NCBI GenBank assembly: GCA_963815195.1
Contig: CAWFGE010000012.1
Coordinates: 992,001 to 1,056,000 of the forward strand
Direction of reading: 5' to 3'
Length of the DNA: 64,000 nt
DNA from: an uncultured Planctomycetaceae bacterium
GTDB taxonomy: Bacteria; Planctomycetota; Planctomycetia; Planctomycetales; Planctomycetaceae
The position numbers and the translations under genes are program-made. Below the pieces are notes generated by a model. It was given only the letters and a program-made list of their open reading frames with translations. It did not search any database and had not been told where the DNA came from. Of the stretch, positions 8,699 through 18,921 are shown one piece after another (the first letter of the stretch is position 1; each line of letters begins with the position of its first letter).

Positions 8699-11497
8699 TC
8701 AGTCGAGCAGGGATTCGACGTTTTCCGTACGGAAAGCCGAATCGAGCGCGGCGAGATCTTCCTCCCGCACGAATCGCCGAACTCCCGTTGCCAAATGGTC
8801 GGCCATCAACTCGTCCGGATCCGTCTCCAAGGGTTCGTCCGAAAGACCCAGCACGTGTCCGAGTTCGTGGGTGATCACCGTCAACAGATCGACCCGGCCT
8901 TGTGCGCCGGGCCCGAGGGCGATGCCGGTCTTGGAAAACTCGCTGTCGTCGCCGGGCGTGTCATCGATAAAGTAACCCGCGCCCGCGGCGTCGGGATCGA
9001 TCAGAATCCGATTCCCATACGTCAGCCCCAGCAGATTCCCCGGCAGGTCCGCGAATTCCACGGTCGCGGAATTCAACAGCGAAACGCCCGCGTCATCGAG
9101 GCCCGCCGCGGCGAACCGCTCGATCGCGGCGTCGGTGAGATTGGCGAGATCCTCGGCCGTCGGCAGGGAATCCGGCTCGGCTGTGTAAACCCGATTCGCC
9201 TGTTCCAATCCGTCGGCAAGTTCGAGAGGCGAGCCGCCGCCCGCGCTGGCTTTGGAGCCGGCCACGTAAATCCCGCCGGTGTCAAACGGGTCGAAGGCGA
9301 AAAAGCTGGCGAGGTCGATGCCGCCTCCGAAGGTCGTCAAGATCAAGCCGTCGAAGACCCGCACGTGCGGCCCGCCCCCGGGACCGGCCCCGGTGATGAT
9401 GTCCGCGAAGCCGTCGCCGTTGGCATCCACCGCCGCGACGCGAACGCCGCCCGTGAAATTGACAGCGTAGGCAAAAAGTTGGGAGAGCATCGCGCCCGCT
9501 TGATTGAAGACTTTGACGTGTGGCCCGCCGCCCTCGCCCGGCCCGGTGATGATCTCGTCCTTCCCGTCGCCGTTGACATCGCCCGAGGCGACAAACACGC
9601 CCCCGAAGAAACCGTCATAGGCAAAGAAGTCGGAAATCACCGAGGCGTCGGTCGGGTTGCCGATGACGGTCATGCCGCTGTAAACCCGCACTCGGGAGCC
9701 GCCGCCCGCTCCGGCGGCGACGATCAAGTCGGCCCGGCCGTCGCCGTTGATATCCCCGCTGGCAACGTGCACGCCGCCCAGAAAGCCGCCGAAGGGGAAC
9801 ACCTGGGCGAGCAGATTCTGATTGGTCCCGTCGAAGATCCGCACGGTCGCGACGCCCCCGGCACCGGAGCCGGCGATGATGTCGGCAATGCCGTCGCCGG
9901 TGATGTCCCCCGCCGCCAGGAACACGCCCCCGAAAAATCCCGGGAACGCCTGAAAATCCCGCAGGGTCTGGCTGGGATCGACGCCGCTCATGACGAGCAC
10001 CCGCGAAGTCACGCCGGCACCCGGACCGGGAACGGTGATAATGTCTTTCGTGCCGTCGCCGTTGACGTCGCCCAAGGCAATGCGGACCTCGAACCCGGAC
10101 GATCCATACGCCTGCCGAGCGAACCGGGCGTTGCCGTTCCGGCTGGTGGCGTTGTAGGCCCGGCTGTCGAGGTTGCCGGAGTTGACGCCGGGACTGACGG
10201 CATAGGGCTGCGTGAGGGTGGGAAAGAATTCCACCGCCCCCTGATCGACCGAGGGGGCCCCGCCGCCGCTGGCAGACACGTTCCGCGCGTAGCCGCGCTG
10301 GTCGAGCGTTGTGGCCCCCGCCGTCACCCCGGCCCCCAGCACCGGACTGCCGGGGAGTGGCAGCATCGTGAACGTCGGGCCGCCGTTGTCCTGCAGCGGC
10401 CCGAGTTGCGGATTGCCGCCGATCAAGTTCGCCTGGCTGCCCGCTCCGTTGATGGCCGTCCCGCCGTTGGTATCGTCGTTGTTTGCCCCGCTGTTTTGGG
10501 AGACGATCAGGTTGATTCCGGTGACGGTGCCGCCGCCGATCCGCCGCAGTCCGCCCGCGCTGTCGGCCGCCGTGCTGAAGTCGAGGTTGTTGGCGATGGT
10601 GACATTCATCACCATGACCGTCCCGGCCTCCGCGCTGATGCCTCCGCCGCCGAACATGCTCACATTCCCGGCGATCGTGGAGTTTTGCAGCGTGAGGGCC
10701 GTGCTGGTCGTGCTGAAATTGGCAATCCCGCCCCCGGATCCGTTCGCCGCGGTGTTATGCGAAATGGTGCTGTTGGTGATCGTCGTTTGGATGGAACCGT
10801 TTTCGGTCACGATGCCGCCCCCGCTGTCCGCGAGGTTGCTGTCGATGGTGGTCTGGTTGACGACGAGGGTGCCGCTGAAGTTAAAGATCCCGCCGCCCTC
10901 GACGGCTGCGGAGTTACTGATAATTTTCGACCGCTGAATCTCCACCCGGCCGCTATCGACGCTGATCCCTCCGCCAAAGCTGCCCTGGTTCGAGGAGACC
11001 ACCATGTCCTTAAGAACCGTATTCGGTCCGGCGTTGGCAATCCCGCCCCCACCCGAACCGGTGCTGCCTTGAGTGATCGTCAAGAACTGTAGCGTGACGT
11101 TCCCCGCGGTGGACGTGATGTTGAACACGCGGTCGTTGTTGTTGCCGCTGACGATGATCCCGGCCGGATCGAAGGTCGGGCCGAGGATGTATACCGAATC
11201 GGTGATCTCGATCTGCCCGGAGGTCAGCGTAATCACCCGCGAGGTGTTGAGCAGGTTTTGGCTGAAGCGGATGTCGTCCGGTCGGCCGGCGGTATTGGGA
11301 TTGAGATTGGCATTGATGACCGCCTGCCGCAACGAGCCGGCTCCGGAATCGTTCAAGTTGGTGACCGTGAACGTGGAGAGCAGGCAGCGATCTTCGAGCG
11401 TTTCGATCCTGGCTGGCACCGGCAAAACCCGCTGGGACTTTCTCGAACGGAGCGGACGATTCGTCGCCAGACCACGCAGCCAATCGGAGAGAAGCAT
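8699..11497 (-). CDS. Large secreted protein: LEPRxLL-type N-terminus, beta-helix GGGI repeats, FG-GAP-like repeats, C-terminal zinc-metalloprotease motif
   Basis: IETLEDRCLLS; repeated GGGI; LGPLQDNGGPT; five GD(V/I)NGDG-type/G.GGGPHV repeats; HELGHVLGL. Confidence 0.85.
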   Translation of the reverse strand: MLLSDWLRGLATNRPLRSRKSQRVLPVPARIETLEDRCLLSTFTVTNLNDSGAGSLRQAVINANLNPNTAGRPDDIRFSQNLLNTSRVITLTSGQIEITDSVYILGPTFDPAGIIVSGNNNDRVFNITSTAGNVTLQFLTITQGSTGSGGGGIANAGPNTVLKDMVVSSNQGSFGGGISVDSGRVEIQRSKIISNSAAVEGGGIFNFSGTLVVNQTTIDSNLADSGGGIVTENGSIQTTITNSTISHNTAANGSGGGIANFSTTSTALTLQNSTIAGNVSMFGGGGISAEAGTVMVMNVTIANNLDFSTAADSAGGLRRIGGGTVTGINLIVSQNSGANNDDTNGGTAINGAGSQANLIGGNPQLGPLQDNGGPTFTMLPLPGSPVLGAGVTAGATTLDQRGYARNVSASGGGAPSVDQGAVEFFPTLTQPYAVSPGVNSGNLDSRAYNATSRNGNARFARQAYGSSGFEVRIALGDVNGDGTKDIITVPGPGAGVTSRVLVMSGVDPSQTLRDFQAFPGFFGGVFLAAGDITGDGIADIIAGSGAGGVATVRIFDGTNQNLLAQVFPFGGFLGGVHVASGDINGDGRADLIVAAGAGGGSRVRVYSGMTVIGNPTDASVISDFFAYDGFFGGVFVASGDVNGDGKDEIITGPGEGGGPHVKVFNQAGAMLSQLFAYAVNFTGGVRVAAVDANGDGFADIITGAGPGGGPHVRVFDGLILTTFGGGIDLASFFAFDPFDTGGIYVAGSKASAGGGSPLELADGLEQANRVYTAEPDSLPTAEDLANLTDAAIERFAAAGLDDAGVSLLNSATVEFADLPGNLLGLTYGNRILIDPDAAGAGYFIDDTPGDDSEFSKTGIALGPGAQGRVDLLTVITHELGHVLGLSDEPLETDPDELMADHLATGVRRFVREEDLAALDSAFRTENVESLLD

Positions 11498-11966
11498 GGG
11501 ACCTTCCTTCAAGAGAAATCAAACGGACAACTCCATTCCGATCCTACCGAGGCGATGCCGGATTCGCGCACGAATCTTGGGTATTTTTCCTAATTTCGCC
11601 AATTTTCCAGGCGATCCGCTGTCCTTGAACTGCGCGCGATTTCGGCAAACCTGCCGAACCGTGTGGCTTGCCGGGGAAACACGCTTGGTAATTTTTCCCG
11701 AAGGGGCGGAAAACCCGCGGGAGCCTCGCGGCAGTTTTTCGAGATTTCGCGACGTTTTCGCCTTGTTTTCAAGGATTTCATGCGAAGGCGTCTGAAAAAT
11801 CCCGGGTTGAGGCATGGCCCTTGCAACGACTTTTCGCGGACGAATTTCGGCGGTGGTGGTTTTTTGATTTTACTTCTTAATTAAGGATGATATATTGATG
11901 ATTCAGCCCGTGGAACTCACTCCCGTTTCTCGTCTCTCGAGAACCAAAGCGAAGGATCGATCATCA

Positions 11967-12275
11967 ATGTCAACCTCGCCCGAATTCCCAGCCGTCCCCC
12001 TTGTCGCGCCTCCCATCCCAGAGACATGCAGCCCCCTGCCGGGCCATTCGTTTGAAGCCCGCATTCGCCACGACCTGATGGCGTGCCCCGAGCTGCAATT
12101 CTCGAGCCTCGTCGTCCGCCGCATTCCGGACGGCGTTTGCCTGGAAGGCGTGGTATCCACGTCCGAAGACCGGCTCGGCGTCTGCCAACTCGTCCGCGAA
12201 GTCGCCGGCGTCACCGCGGTGCTCAACCATCTCGTGATGTGCCCCGAGGCCAAATCCCAGCCCCCGAAAGGCTAA
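11967..12275 (+). CDS. BON domain protein
   Basis: VCLEGVV...VREVAGVTAVLNHLV fits a BON domain; start uncertain. Confidence 0.65.
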   Translation: MSTSPEFPAVPLVAPPIPETCSPLPGHSFEARIRHDLMACPELQFSSLVVRRIPDGVCLEGVVSTSEDRLGVCQLVREVAGVTAVLNHLVMCPEAKSQPPKG

Positions 12276-12297
12276 CCGCGGCTTCGGCTCGGCTATT

Positions 12298-12810
12298 TCA
12301 ATCGGTCGATTTCGGGATTCGATCGGGGCTCGACTTGGAATCGCCCCTTTCGGGTTCGTGCTCCACCGTGTACTCGGCTTCGATTTCGATTTCACTTTTG
12401 GGCCGACTCGCGGGGGACGACGACGAACCGAACGTGAAAAACCCCAGCGGGCCGGGGATCAGCCGGCGGGCCAGCCAGCCCCGCAGCAAGCGGCGGACCG
12501 GCGGCATCAAGAGCAAAAATCCCGTCGCGTCGGTCATCATCCCCGGCGTGATCAACAGCGCCCCCGCAATGAAGATCATCAACCCGTCCATCAACTCCGC
12601 CGTCGGCGGCTTGCCTTCCGAGAGTTGGCGGCGGATGCGATACCAGGTCTCCAAACCCTGCCGGCGGGCCAACGCCGCCCCCACAATCCCCGTGAGAATC
12701 ACGACGGCAAGTGTCGTTGCCAAATCCGTGACCTTGTAGAGTTGGATCAACAGGGCCAACTCGATCAAGGGCACCAACGTCAAAAGCAGAATCAGCAAAA
12801 GGAATGTCAC
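12298..12810 (-). CDS. fxsA: FxsA family membrane protein
   Basis: VPLIELALLI, ARRQGL, AGALLITPGMMTDATGFLLLMP. Confidence 0.9.
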   Translation of the reverse strand: MTFLLLILLLTLVPLIELALLIQLYKVTDLATTLAVVILTGIVGAALARRQGLETWYRIRRQLSEGKPPTAELMDGLMIFIAGALLITPGMMTDATGFLLLMPPVRRLLRGWLARRLIPGPLGFFTFGSSSSPASRPKSEIEIEAEYTVEHEPERGDSKSSPDRIPKSTD

Positions 12811-12919
12811 GGTCTTGGTTCCAGCGGAAAGCGGGGAGTCCAAAGCGGAGTGCCGATCCAATCTTCCGGCACTTCGCTCTGGGCTCTTGGCTTTTCCGGC
12901 TCTTGGCTCTTAGCCTTTT

Positions 12920-13306
12920 TTAGGATTTCATCGACTTGAGGGCTTTGCGGCGGGAGGGAAAATTCGGCCAGCGTTCGGTCAGGTTCATGATCTTCAGGAC
13001 GTTCTGCATCTCCTCCGACGCATTGCAGGTCACGACTTTTCCTCCCTTTTCGAGGATGCGGTTGACCATCGTATTCAGCGCTCCGATGATGACCGACCCG
13101 TAATACTCTTCCCGGGCCAAGTCGATCACCAAATCCCGGACCTCCGGTTCGTCCAACAGTTCGAGAACGGTGTGCATCTCGCTGACGACCAGGGAATGGC
13201 GAAACTCAAAGGCCTCGCCCGTGGGGGAAATAATCAACGTATCGCCCTTGGTTTCCACAAGAAATACCTTATGGAATTGGGTTTCCGACAATTCGATCAT
13301 ATACAT
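12920..13306 (-). CDS. STAS domain anti-sigma-factor antagonist
   Basis: LVIDLAREEYYGSVIIGAL...GGKVVTCNASEEMQNVLKIMNL. Confidence 0.8.
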   Translation of the reverse strand: MYMIELSETQFHKVFLVETKGDTLIISPTGEAFEFRHSLVVSEMHTVLELLDEPEVRDLVIDLAREEYYGSVIIGALNTMVNRILEKGGKVVTCNASEEMQNVLKIMNLTERWPNFPSRRKALKSMKS

Positions 13307-13668
13307 CCCGTCTGGAAGAGAAAACAGGCGGATCCGCCGAGAGAACCTGAGACAAGGGGCGGGGAAACCAGAACGGCTCCCGAACGCGTCCTCGCCGAAC
13401 CTCCCTTTTGTACCACAACGAAGTTCCGCCGTCATTCATCAATTCCGTCCAATTCGACCGATTCGCGGGAGATTTTTCCGGTGGGCGTCAAGAATACCTG
13501 GTGCGCGCTCTTTCACCTCCCAGGGGAGGTGAAATCCATCATTCATTGATCATCACACAAAAAGATCATCCGCCTGCCCCCGATTCGCTGGAAGCGCCAA
13601 AAAACGCTCCTCGGCCGGGAAACCGAAGAGCGTGTGGGTTGGGGCGAGAGGACCCAATTCCAAGGAGT

Positions 13669-14358
13669 TTATCCGCCGATGCGGATCGAGAAGGCCACCT
13701 GGCCGGGGCGGATGCGGTAATTGACACCGCTTTGGCTCGGGTACTGGCTGGGCAACGGAGGCAAACCCCGCGTGCCGGGATTCGCGGGCGTGTTGTAAGT
13801 CGGCGGCAGGTTGGACGGCGATAAGGCGGGAACGCCGGGCGACACCTGGCTGGGCGGCAAAGGCGGCGCCACGCCCGACGGGCCGATTTCCGCGTCCAGG
13901 TCTTCCTGCAAATGGTGGATCGTGGTTTCCATCTGCCCGACCAGGACCTGCAGGCGGCGGAGATGAAAACCGCTCACGCCGGCGGGGGCCGGCGTCTGGC
14001 AAATGCACCCGTGCCGCACCGGGACCGGACGCGCGGCACCGAACTGGGCCAGCATCTCCTGGGCATGATGAAACGAGGCGTCGATTTCGTCGGCGTCGTC
14101 TTTCAGGTGCCGGAGGTCGCCGCTGTTGTGGGCCACGTCGTGCACGTGCTCCGCCAGGCTATACAGGTTGTAAAAATCTTTGTAAAGGTGAGGGAACGTC
14201 GGCGAGCGCTGGAATCCATAGCGGACCTCCTGGCACGCCAAAGCCGCCTGTTGTCTCAAACTGAAGGCCAGATCATCCAGATGCGGATCCGCCGCCGACG
14301 CGGCATTCGTCAAGATTCCCGAAGTCAGCACAAAAAAGGCCGGGGCGATCAGCTTCAT
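13669..14358 (-). CDS. Hypothetical secreted helical protein with Pro-rich tail
   Basis: Signal peptide MKLIAPAFFVL...ASAA; CAGGA RBS. Confidence 0.65.
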   Translation of the reverse strand: MKLIAPAFFVLTSGILTNAASAADPHLDDLAFSLRQQAALACQEVRYGFQRSPTFPHLYKDFYNLYSLAEHVHDVAHNSGDLRHLKDDADEIDASFHHAQEMLAQFGAARPVPVRHGCICQTPAPAGVSGFHLRRLQVLVGQMETTIHHLQEDLDAEIGPSGVAPPLPPSQVSPGVPALSPSNLPPTYNTPANPGTRGLPPLPSQYPSQSGVNYRIRPGQVAFSIRIGG

Positions 14359-14573
14359 GATATGTTCCTGCTGAATGGACAATGGAAAATTCCTGTCGTG
14401 GGAATCCACGGGACGGAAGTGGGCGGGTCTCATCGGTGTAAAAATGGCAAAACGGGTTGAAACCCCGACAAGATCTGCGGGCATTTTGGAGAAAATTGAG
14501 AAACGGCACGGACTTTTCGCCCGACCGAGCAATTTCCAGACCCTTTTTACCGATCATCCCAAGCAGAATCGAC

Positions 14574-15302
14574 ATGCGAACGACGACATTGGGCCAGTTG
14601 CACTGTGTGATTTTTGATCCGCCGAACGGGGCCGACCCGGAGCGGGTGGTGATCTTATCCCACGGCTTCGGAGCGCCGGGGACCGACCTGGTGCCGCTCG
14701 CCGGCGAACTTCTGCATTTGGAGCTTTTGCTGGCCCCCGGCACGCAGTTCATCTTCCCCGCCGCCCCGCTGAGCCTGGATTCGATGGGCCTCTACGGCGG
14801 GCGGGCGTGGTGGATGATCGATCTGGAAAGCCGGATCGCAGCCATCGAACGCGGTGAACTCGACATTTTCCGCAACGAGCTTCCGCCGGGCATGTCCGAA
14901 GCCAGCGATGCGCTGTTGTCGGTGGTGGAAGACGCGTTACGCCAAACCGGACTCGATGCGTCCCGGCTCATCATCGGCGGGTTTTCGCAAGGCTCGATGG
15001 TCTCGACCGACGTGGCCCTCCGCCTGGAGCAATCGCCCGCGGCGTTGGCGGTCCTCTCCGGCACGCTCCTCTGCGAAGACCGCTGGAAAGACCTCGCGTC
15101 CCGCCGGGGACCGCTCCGCGTGCTCCAGACGCACGGCCACTTCGATCCGATCCTGCCCTTCGAGTGCGCCCTGTGGCTCAAGGAACTTTTTGAGAATGCC
15201 GGTTTCGCCGTCGACTTTCGCCCCTTCCCGGGACAGCATCAAATCCCCATGACCGCGCTGGAGGGCCTGGCAAAACTCATCCGCGAGATTGACGAGGGCT
15301 GA
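14574..15302 (+). CDS. Phospholipase/carboxylesterase (alpha/beta hydrolase)
   Basis: HGFGAPGTDL, GGFSQG nucleophile motif, HG.FDPIL, GQHQI. Confidence 0.9.
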   Translation: MRTTTLGQLHCVIFDPPNGADPERVVILSHGFGAPGTDLVPLAGELLHLELLLAPGTQFIFPAAPLSLDSMGLYGGRAWWMIDLESRIAAIERGELDIFRNELPPGMSEASDALLSVVEDALRQTGLDASRLIIGGFSQGSMVSTDVALRLEQSPAALAVLSGTLLCEDRWKDLASRRGPLRVLQTHGHFDPILPFECALWLKELFENAGFAVDFRPFPGQHQIPMTALEGLAKLIREIDEG

Positions 15303-15534
15303 CGTTCCATGATCCCCATGTGTGCCGAGCGAGGGTGGCTGTTGGTGCAAGGGGAAGAGGGATGCCGAGCGTGGATTCCCCAATGAATTACGGGAGATTT
15401 TCATGGCCCCAGCCCGAAGACACCTGAAGCCTTCCCATCGTCGAAATCTCAATGAATGATGGGGAGGCGAAAGAGCGTCCACAAGATATTCCTTAACGCC
15501 GTCGTTGTGGCCCCCTGATTATCCGGAGGAACCC

Positions 15535-15572
15535 AAAAAAACACACGGGAGTCGGCAAAAGACTCCCGTGTG
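15535..15572 (-). terminator. Intrinsic terminator of rpsD
   Basis: 12-bp stem CACACGGGAGTC/GACTCCCGTGTG followed by T7 on the minus strand, ~30 nt after the rpsD stop. Confidence 0.85.
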
Positions 15573-15600
15573 GTTGAGGATTCGTGTTTTTATAGCCCAA

Positions 15601-16212
15601 TTACCGCGACATAAAGGCGACGACCTGGCCGACGTCCACGGGGAGGCTGACGTCTTCCATCATCGGCAGCGTGGTGACCGTGGCGGAGAGTTCCTTGGCG
15701 TCGAAGTTGATCCAGTCCGTGGGTTGAATGCTGCCGGAGGACTCGATAATGCCTTCGTAGAGTTTCTTGAGGTTCGGGCGGTTGCGGACGGTGATCACAT
15801 CGCCGGGCCGGACCAGGATCGAAGGCTTGTTCACGGTGGTGCCGTTGACCTGGAAATGCGAATGCACAATTCCTTGCCGGGCCTGCGGCCGCGTGGCGGT
15901 GAAGCCCGCCCGCCGGACGACGTTGTCCAATCGGCGTTCGCAGAGAATCAGCAGCTGCTCGCCGGTGTTACCTTTTATCCGGCGGGCGCGGGCGAAGTAT
16001 TTCAGCAATTGCTGCTCGCGGATGCCGTAGTAGAACTTGATCTTCTGTTTTTCCAAGAGGGCCAGGCCATAGTTGGACACCTTCCGCCGACGTTGGGCCA
16101 TCCCGGGCGGATAATCCCGCTTTTCGAGGGCCTTGATGGCTCCGCTGTTCTCGAAAACCTGCGTTCCCAATCGGCGGTTAATCCGGCCCTTCGGCCCGGT
16201 GTAACGCCCCAT
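15601..16212 (-). CDS. rpsD: 30S ribosomal protein S4
   Basis: MGRYTGPK...LLEKQK...ERRLDNVVRRAGF...ARQ...VNKPS. Confidence 0.97.
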   Translation of the reverse strand: MGRYTGPKGRINRRLGTQVFENSGAIKALEKRDYPPGMAQRRRKVSNYGLALLEKQKIKFYYGIREQQLLKYFARARRIKGNTGEQLLILCERRLDNVVRRAGFTATRPQARQGIVHSHFQVNGTTVNKPSILVRPGDVITVRNRPNLKKLYEGIIESSGSIQPTDWINFDAKELSATVTTLPMMEDVSLPVDVGQVVAFMSR

Positions 16213-16466
16213 TTCCTCTCTCCTTCAACGTGGGCTCTCGCGAAACCCAGCACGAAAAACTGTTTGAATCAAAACGTTGAAATCTGTACGTCAATTTGGG
16301 AAAAGGCAAATTTATCTCCCCCGACGACGAATTTCAAGGGACCGGCGACAACTTCCATTTGTTGCCTGCGAAAAACCGCCCCGCTTGACGACTTCCAACC
16401 CCAGTCGATATAGCTCAGGGGGGAAGGGCGATTTTTCAGGCCTATTTTGCACGACCAGGGACACCA

Positions 16467-17548
16467 ATGACAGAACGCGTGTATAACTTTTCGGCGGGGC
16501 CGGCGGTGCTGCCGGTGGAAGTGCTGGAGCAAGCCCGCGATAACTTGCTCTCGCTCGGCAAAACCGGCGTGGGGATTTTGGAGCACTCGCACCGCGGCAA
16601 GGCGTTTTTGGCGGCGTATGACGAAACGGTCTCACTGTGCCGGGAACTGGCCGGCATCCCGGACGATTATGACGTGCTGTTTCTGCAGGGCGGGGCGTCG
16701 ACGCAGTTTTTCCAGGTGCCGATGAACTTCCTCACCGCGGACCGCACGGCGGATTATCTCATCACGGGATCGTGGTCGAAGAAGGCGATCGCCGAGGCCG
16801 AGCGGTTCGGCAAAACGCACGTCGTCTGCTCCAGCCAGGACCGCAACTTCTGCTACATCCCGCAGAAAAGCGACTACAGCCCTTCGCCGACTTACGTGCA
16901 TTTCACGTCGAACAACACAATCTACGGCACCGAGTTCCGCAGCGGAGCCCGACGTCCCCGCCGGGGCGTTTCTTGTCTGCGACGCCAGCAGCGATATTTT
17001 TTCAAGGCCGTTGGACATCAAAAAATACGGACTGATTTACGCGGGGGCGCAGAAGAACCTGGGGCCGAGCGGCGTGACGTTGGTCATCATCCGCAAAGAC
17101 CTGGTGGACGCGGCCGCGACCGAACTGCCCACGATGCTCCAATACCGCACGCACGCCCAGGCCGACTCCATGTACAACACGCCGCCCACCTTCGGCATTT
17201 ACATGATGGGGCTGGTTTTCAAGTGGCTGAAGAACCTGGGCGGCCTGGAGGCGATCCAACAACGCAACGAGGAAAAGGCGGCGAAGTTGTATCATTTTCT
17301 GGATCAAAGCCAACTCTTCCAAGCGACCGCCGACGCCGACAGCCGCTCGCTGATGAACGTGACCTTCGTCACCGGCGATCCCGATTTGGACGCGAAGTTC
17401 ATCTCCACTGCTAAAGAGGCCGGCTTCGACGGCTTAAAAGGCCACCGCAGCGTCGGCGGCATGCGCGAGCATTTATAATGCGTTTCCCCCCGAAGGCGTG
17501 GACCGGTTGGTTGAAGTCCTTCGGCAGTTCGAGGCGGACCACTTTTGA
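16467..17548 (+). CDS. serC: Phosphoserine aminotransferase, two apparent frameshifts (~16940, ~17467)
   Basis: [46 protein letters not shown](A)SIYNA across three frame segments. Confidence 0.9.
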
Positions 17549-17609
17549 TTCCGCACGCTCCCCAGGGATGAAGTGAGGAGAGAAGATGGAGGATCGAGGA
17601 TAGAAACCA

Positions 17610-18386
17610 ATGGCCACGGACAAATCTCAATCGCCGAAAGAGAATCTCGCACACGCCGATATTGCGCTCGTGTGCGCGTTGGCGATTGAGGTGAATCCGT
17701 TGTTGGAACGGTGTGCGAAGACGCGGAAATACACCGGGGGGAAGTTCGTGTTTCGCGGGGGGCGATATGACGAGATTCGCCTCGCCGTGGTGCAGAGCGG
17801 GATGGGGTTCGTCAATGCGAGGAACGCCACGAGCGCCCTCATCGATGCCCACACGCCGAATTGGGTGCTGTCCGTGGGCTTCTCCGGGGCGCTGGTTCAA
17901 GAGATGAAAGTCGGCGACCTGGTGATGGCGAATTCCATCGTCGATACCCACGGCAACGAGCTCACGGTGGATGTGAAGATGGCCGACGACCGCGAAAACG
18001 GCCTCTATGTCGGACGGTTGTTGAATACCGACGAGATCGTCCGCACCGTGAACGATAAGCGACAACTCGCGGAGCAGTTCGGCGCGATCGCAGTCGATAT
18101 GGAGAGCCTGGCCGTCGCCCAGATTTGCCGGGACACCGGGACGCGGTTTTTGGCGGTCCGCGTGATCAGCGACGATCTCTCCGCCGACTTGCCGCCCGAA
18201 GTGATGAGCGTGATCGGTTCCACCGGAGCCGTCCGCGTGGGGTCGGCTTTGGGTTCCCTTTGGAAACGGCCCAGCAGCATCAAGGATATGTGGCGGCTAA
18301 GAGAATCCGCCCACCACGCCGCCCAACGATTGGCCAGCTTCCTCGATGGCGTATTGGTTCAACTGCACCAGTCCGCGAAAACGTGA
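17610..18386 (+). CDS. MTA/SAH nucleosidase / purine phosphorylase family protein
   Basis: SGMG...NA, SVGFSGAL, AVDMESLAVA, VRVISD. Confidence 0.85.
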   Translation: MATDKSQSPKENLAHADIALVCALAIEVNPLLERCAKTRKYTGGKFVFRGGRYDEIRLAVVQSGMGFVNARNATSALIDAHTPNWVLSVGFSGALVQEMKVGDLVMANSIVDTHGNELTVDVKMADDRENGLYVGRLLNTDEIVRTVNDKRQLAEQFGAIAVDMESLAVAQICRDTGTRFLAVRVISDDLSADLPPEVMSVIGSTGAVRVGSALGSLWKRPSSIKDMWRLRESAHHAAQRLASFLDGVLVQLHQSAKT

Positions 18387-18389
18387 GTT

Positions 18390-18613
18390 CCGGGCCGCGA
18401 TCTGTAGAGAGCCAGAGCCTCCCGCCAGCCGTCGGCTGAGGACCGCTGCCTCTTGCCGTCGAACCGCTGACCCCGCCCCCGAAGTAATAGATTTTCCCTC
18501 CGGATTTTCTTCATCCACTTCCCGGAGTTGTGTGGGGTCTGAGGGAAGTCGGGATCGCGGGGCGGGGGCTTCGGGACTTTTCGGGACGTGCGTTTTCGAT
18601 TAGACTTCCGCAT
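18390..18613 (-). pseudogene. N-terminal remnant of a planctomycete-type tyrosine integrase
   Basis: KPPPRDPDFPQTPHNSGKWMKKIR then, after a frameshift, GKIYYFG...ADGWREALALY, like the arm-binding N-terminus of planctomycete integrases; no catalytic domain follows. Confidence 0.55.
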
Positions 18614-18830
18614 GTCGTCACCTCTGCTGTAACGGGTTTTGGTGACGATCGCGTCTCGTGGCCACGAATCACTAGGAACCGGTTGCAAAACGCTCCACGG
18701 CCCCCCCAGATGACAGCCTCTCGTGGCCACAGATCACGAGGAGCGTTTTCTACTTTGGTCGTCTAATCGGTAGCCACCAAAAAGACCCAAAATCTGAAAA
18801 GGCACAAATCGACTAGAAAACAAGACATCC

Positions 18831-18917
<87 letters not shown>

Positions 18918-18921
18918 TTCT

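Noticed and set aside
9340..10080. Repeats within the surface-protein gene as CRISPR or DGR
   Set aside because: In-frame FG-GAP-like protein repeats; no constant repeat-spacer period, cas genes or reverse transcriptase seen in the window
6602..11092. 1496-aa plus-strand ORF
   Set aside because: Antisense shadow of nfeD and the surface-protein gene; no motifs; expected from high-GC codon bias
16467..17548. serC, PVC heme protein, DUF1559 gene and 4850-6101 as pseudogenes or programmed frameshifts
   Set aside because: Indels are scattered through unrelated, otherwise well-conserved genes with no slippery-site pattern; sequencing error is more likely and read polishing would settle it
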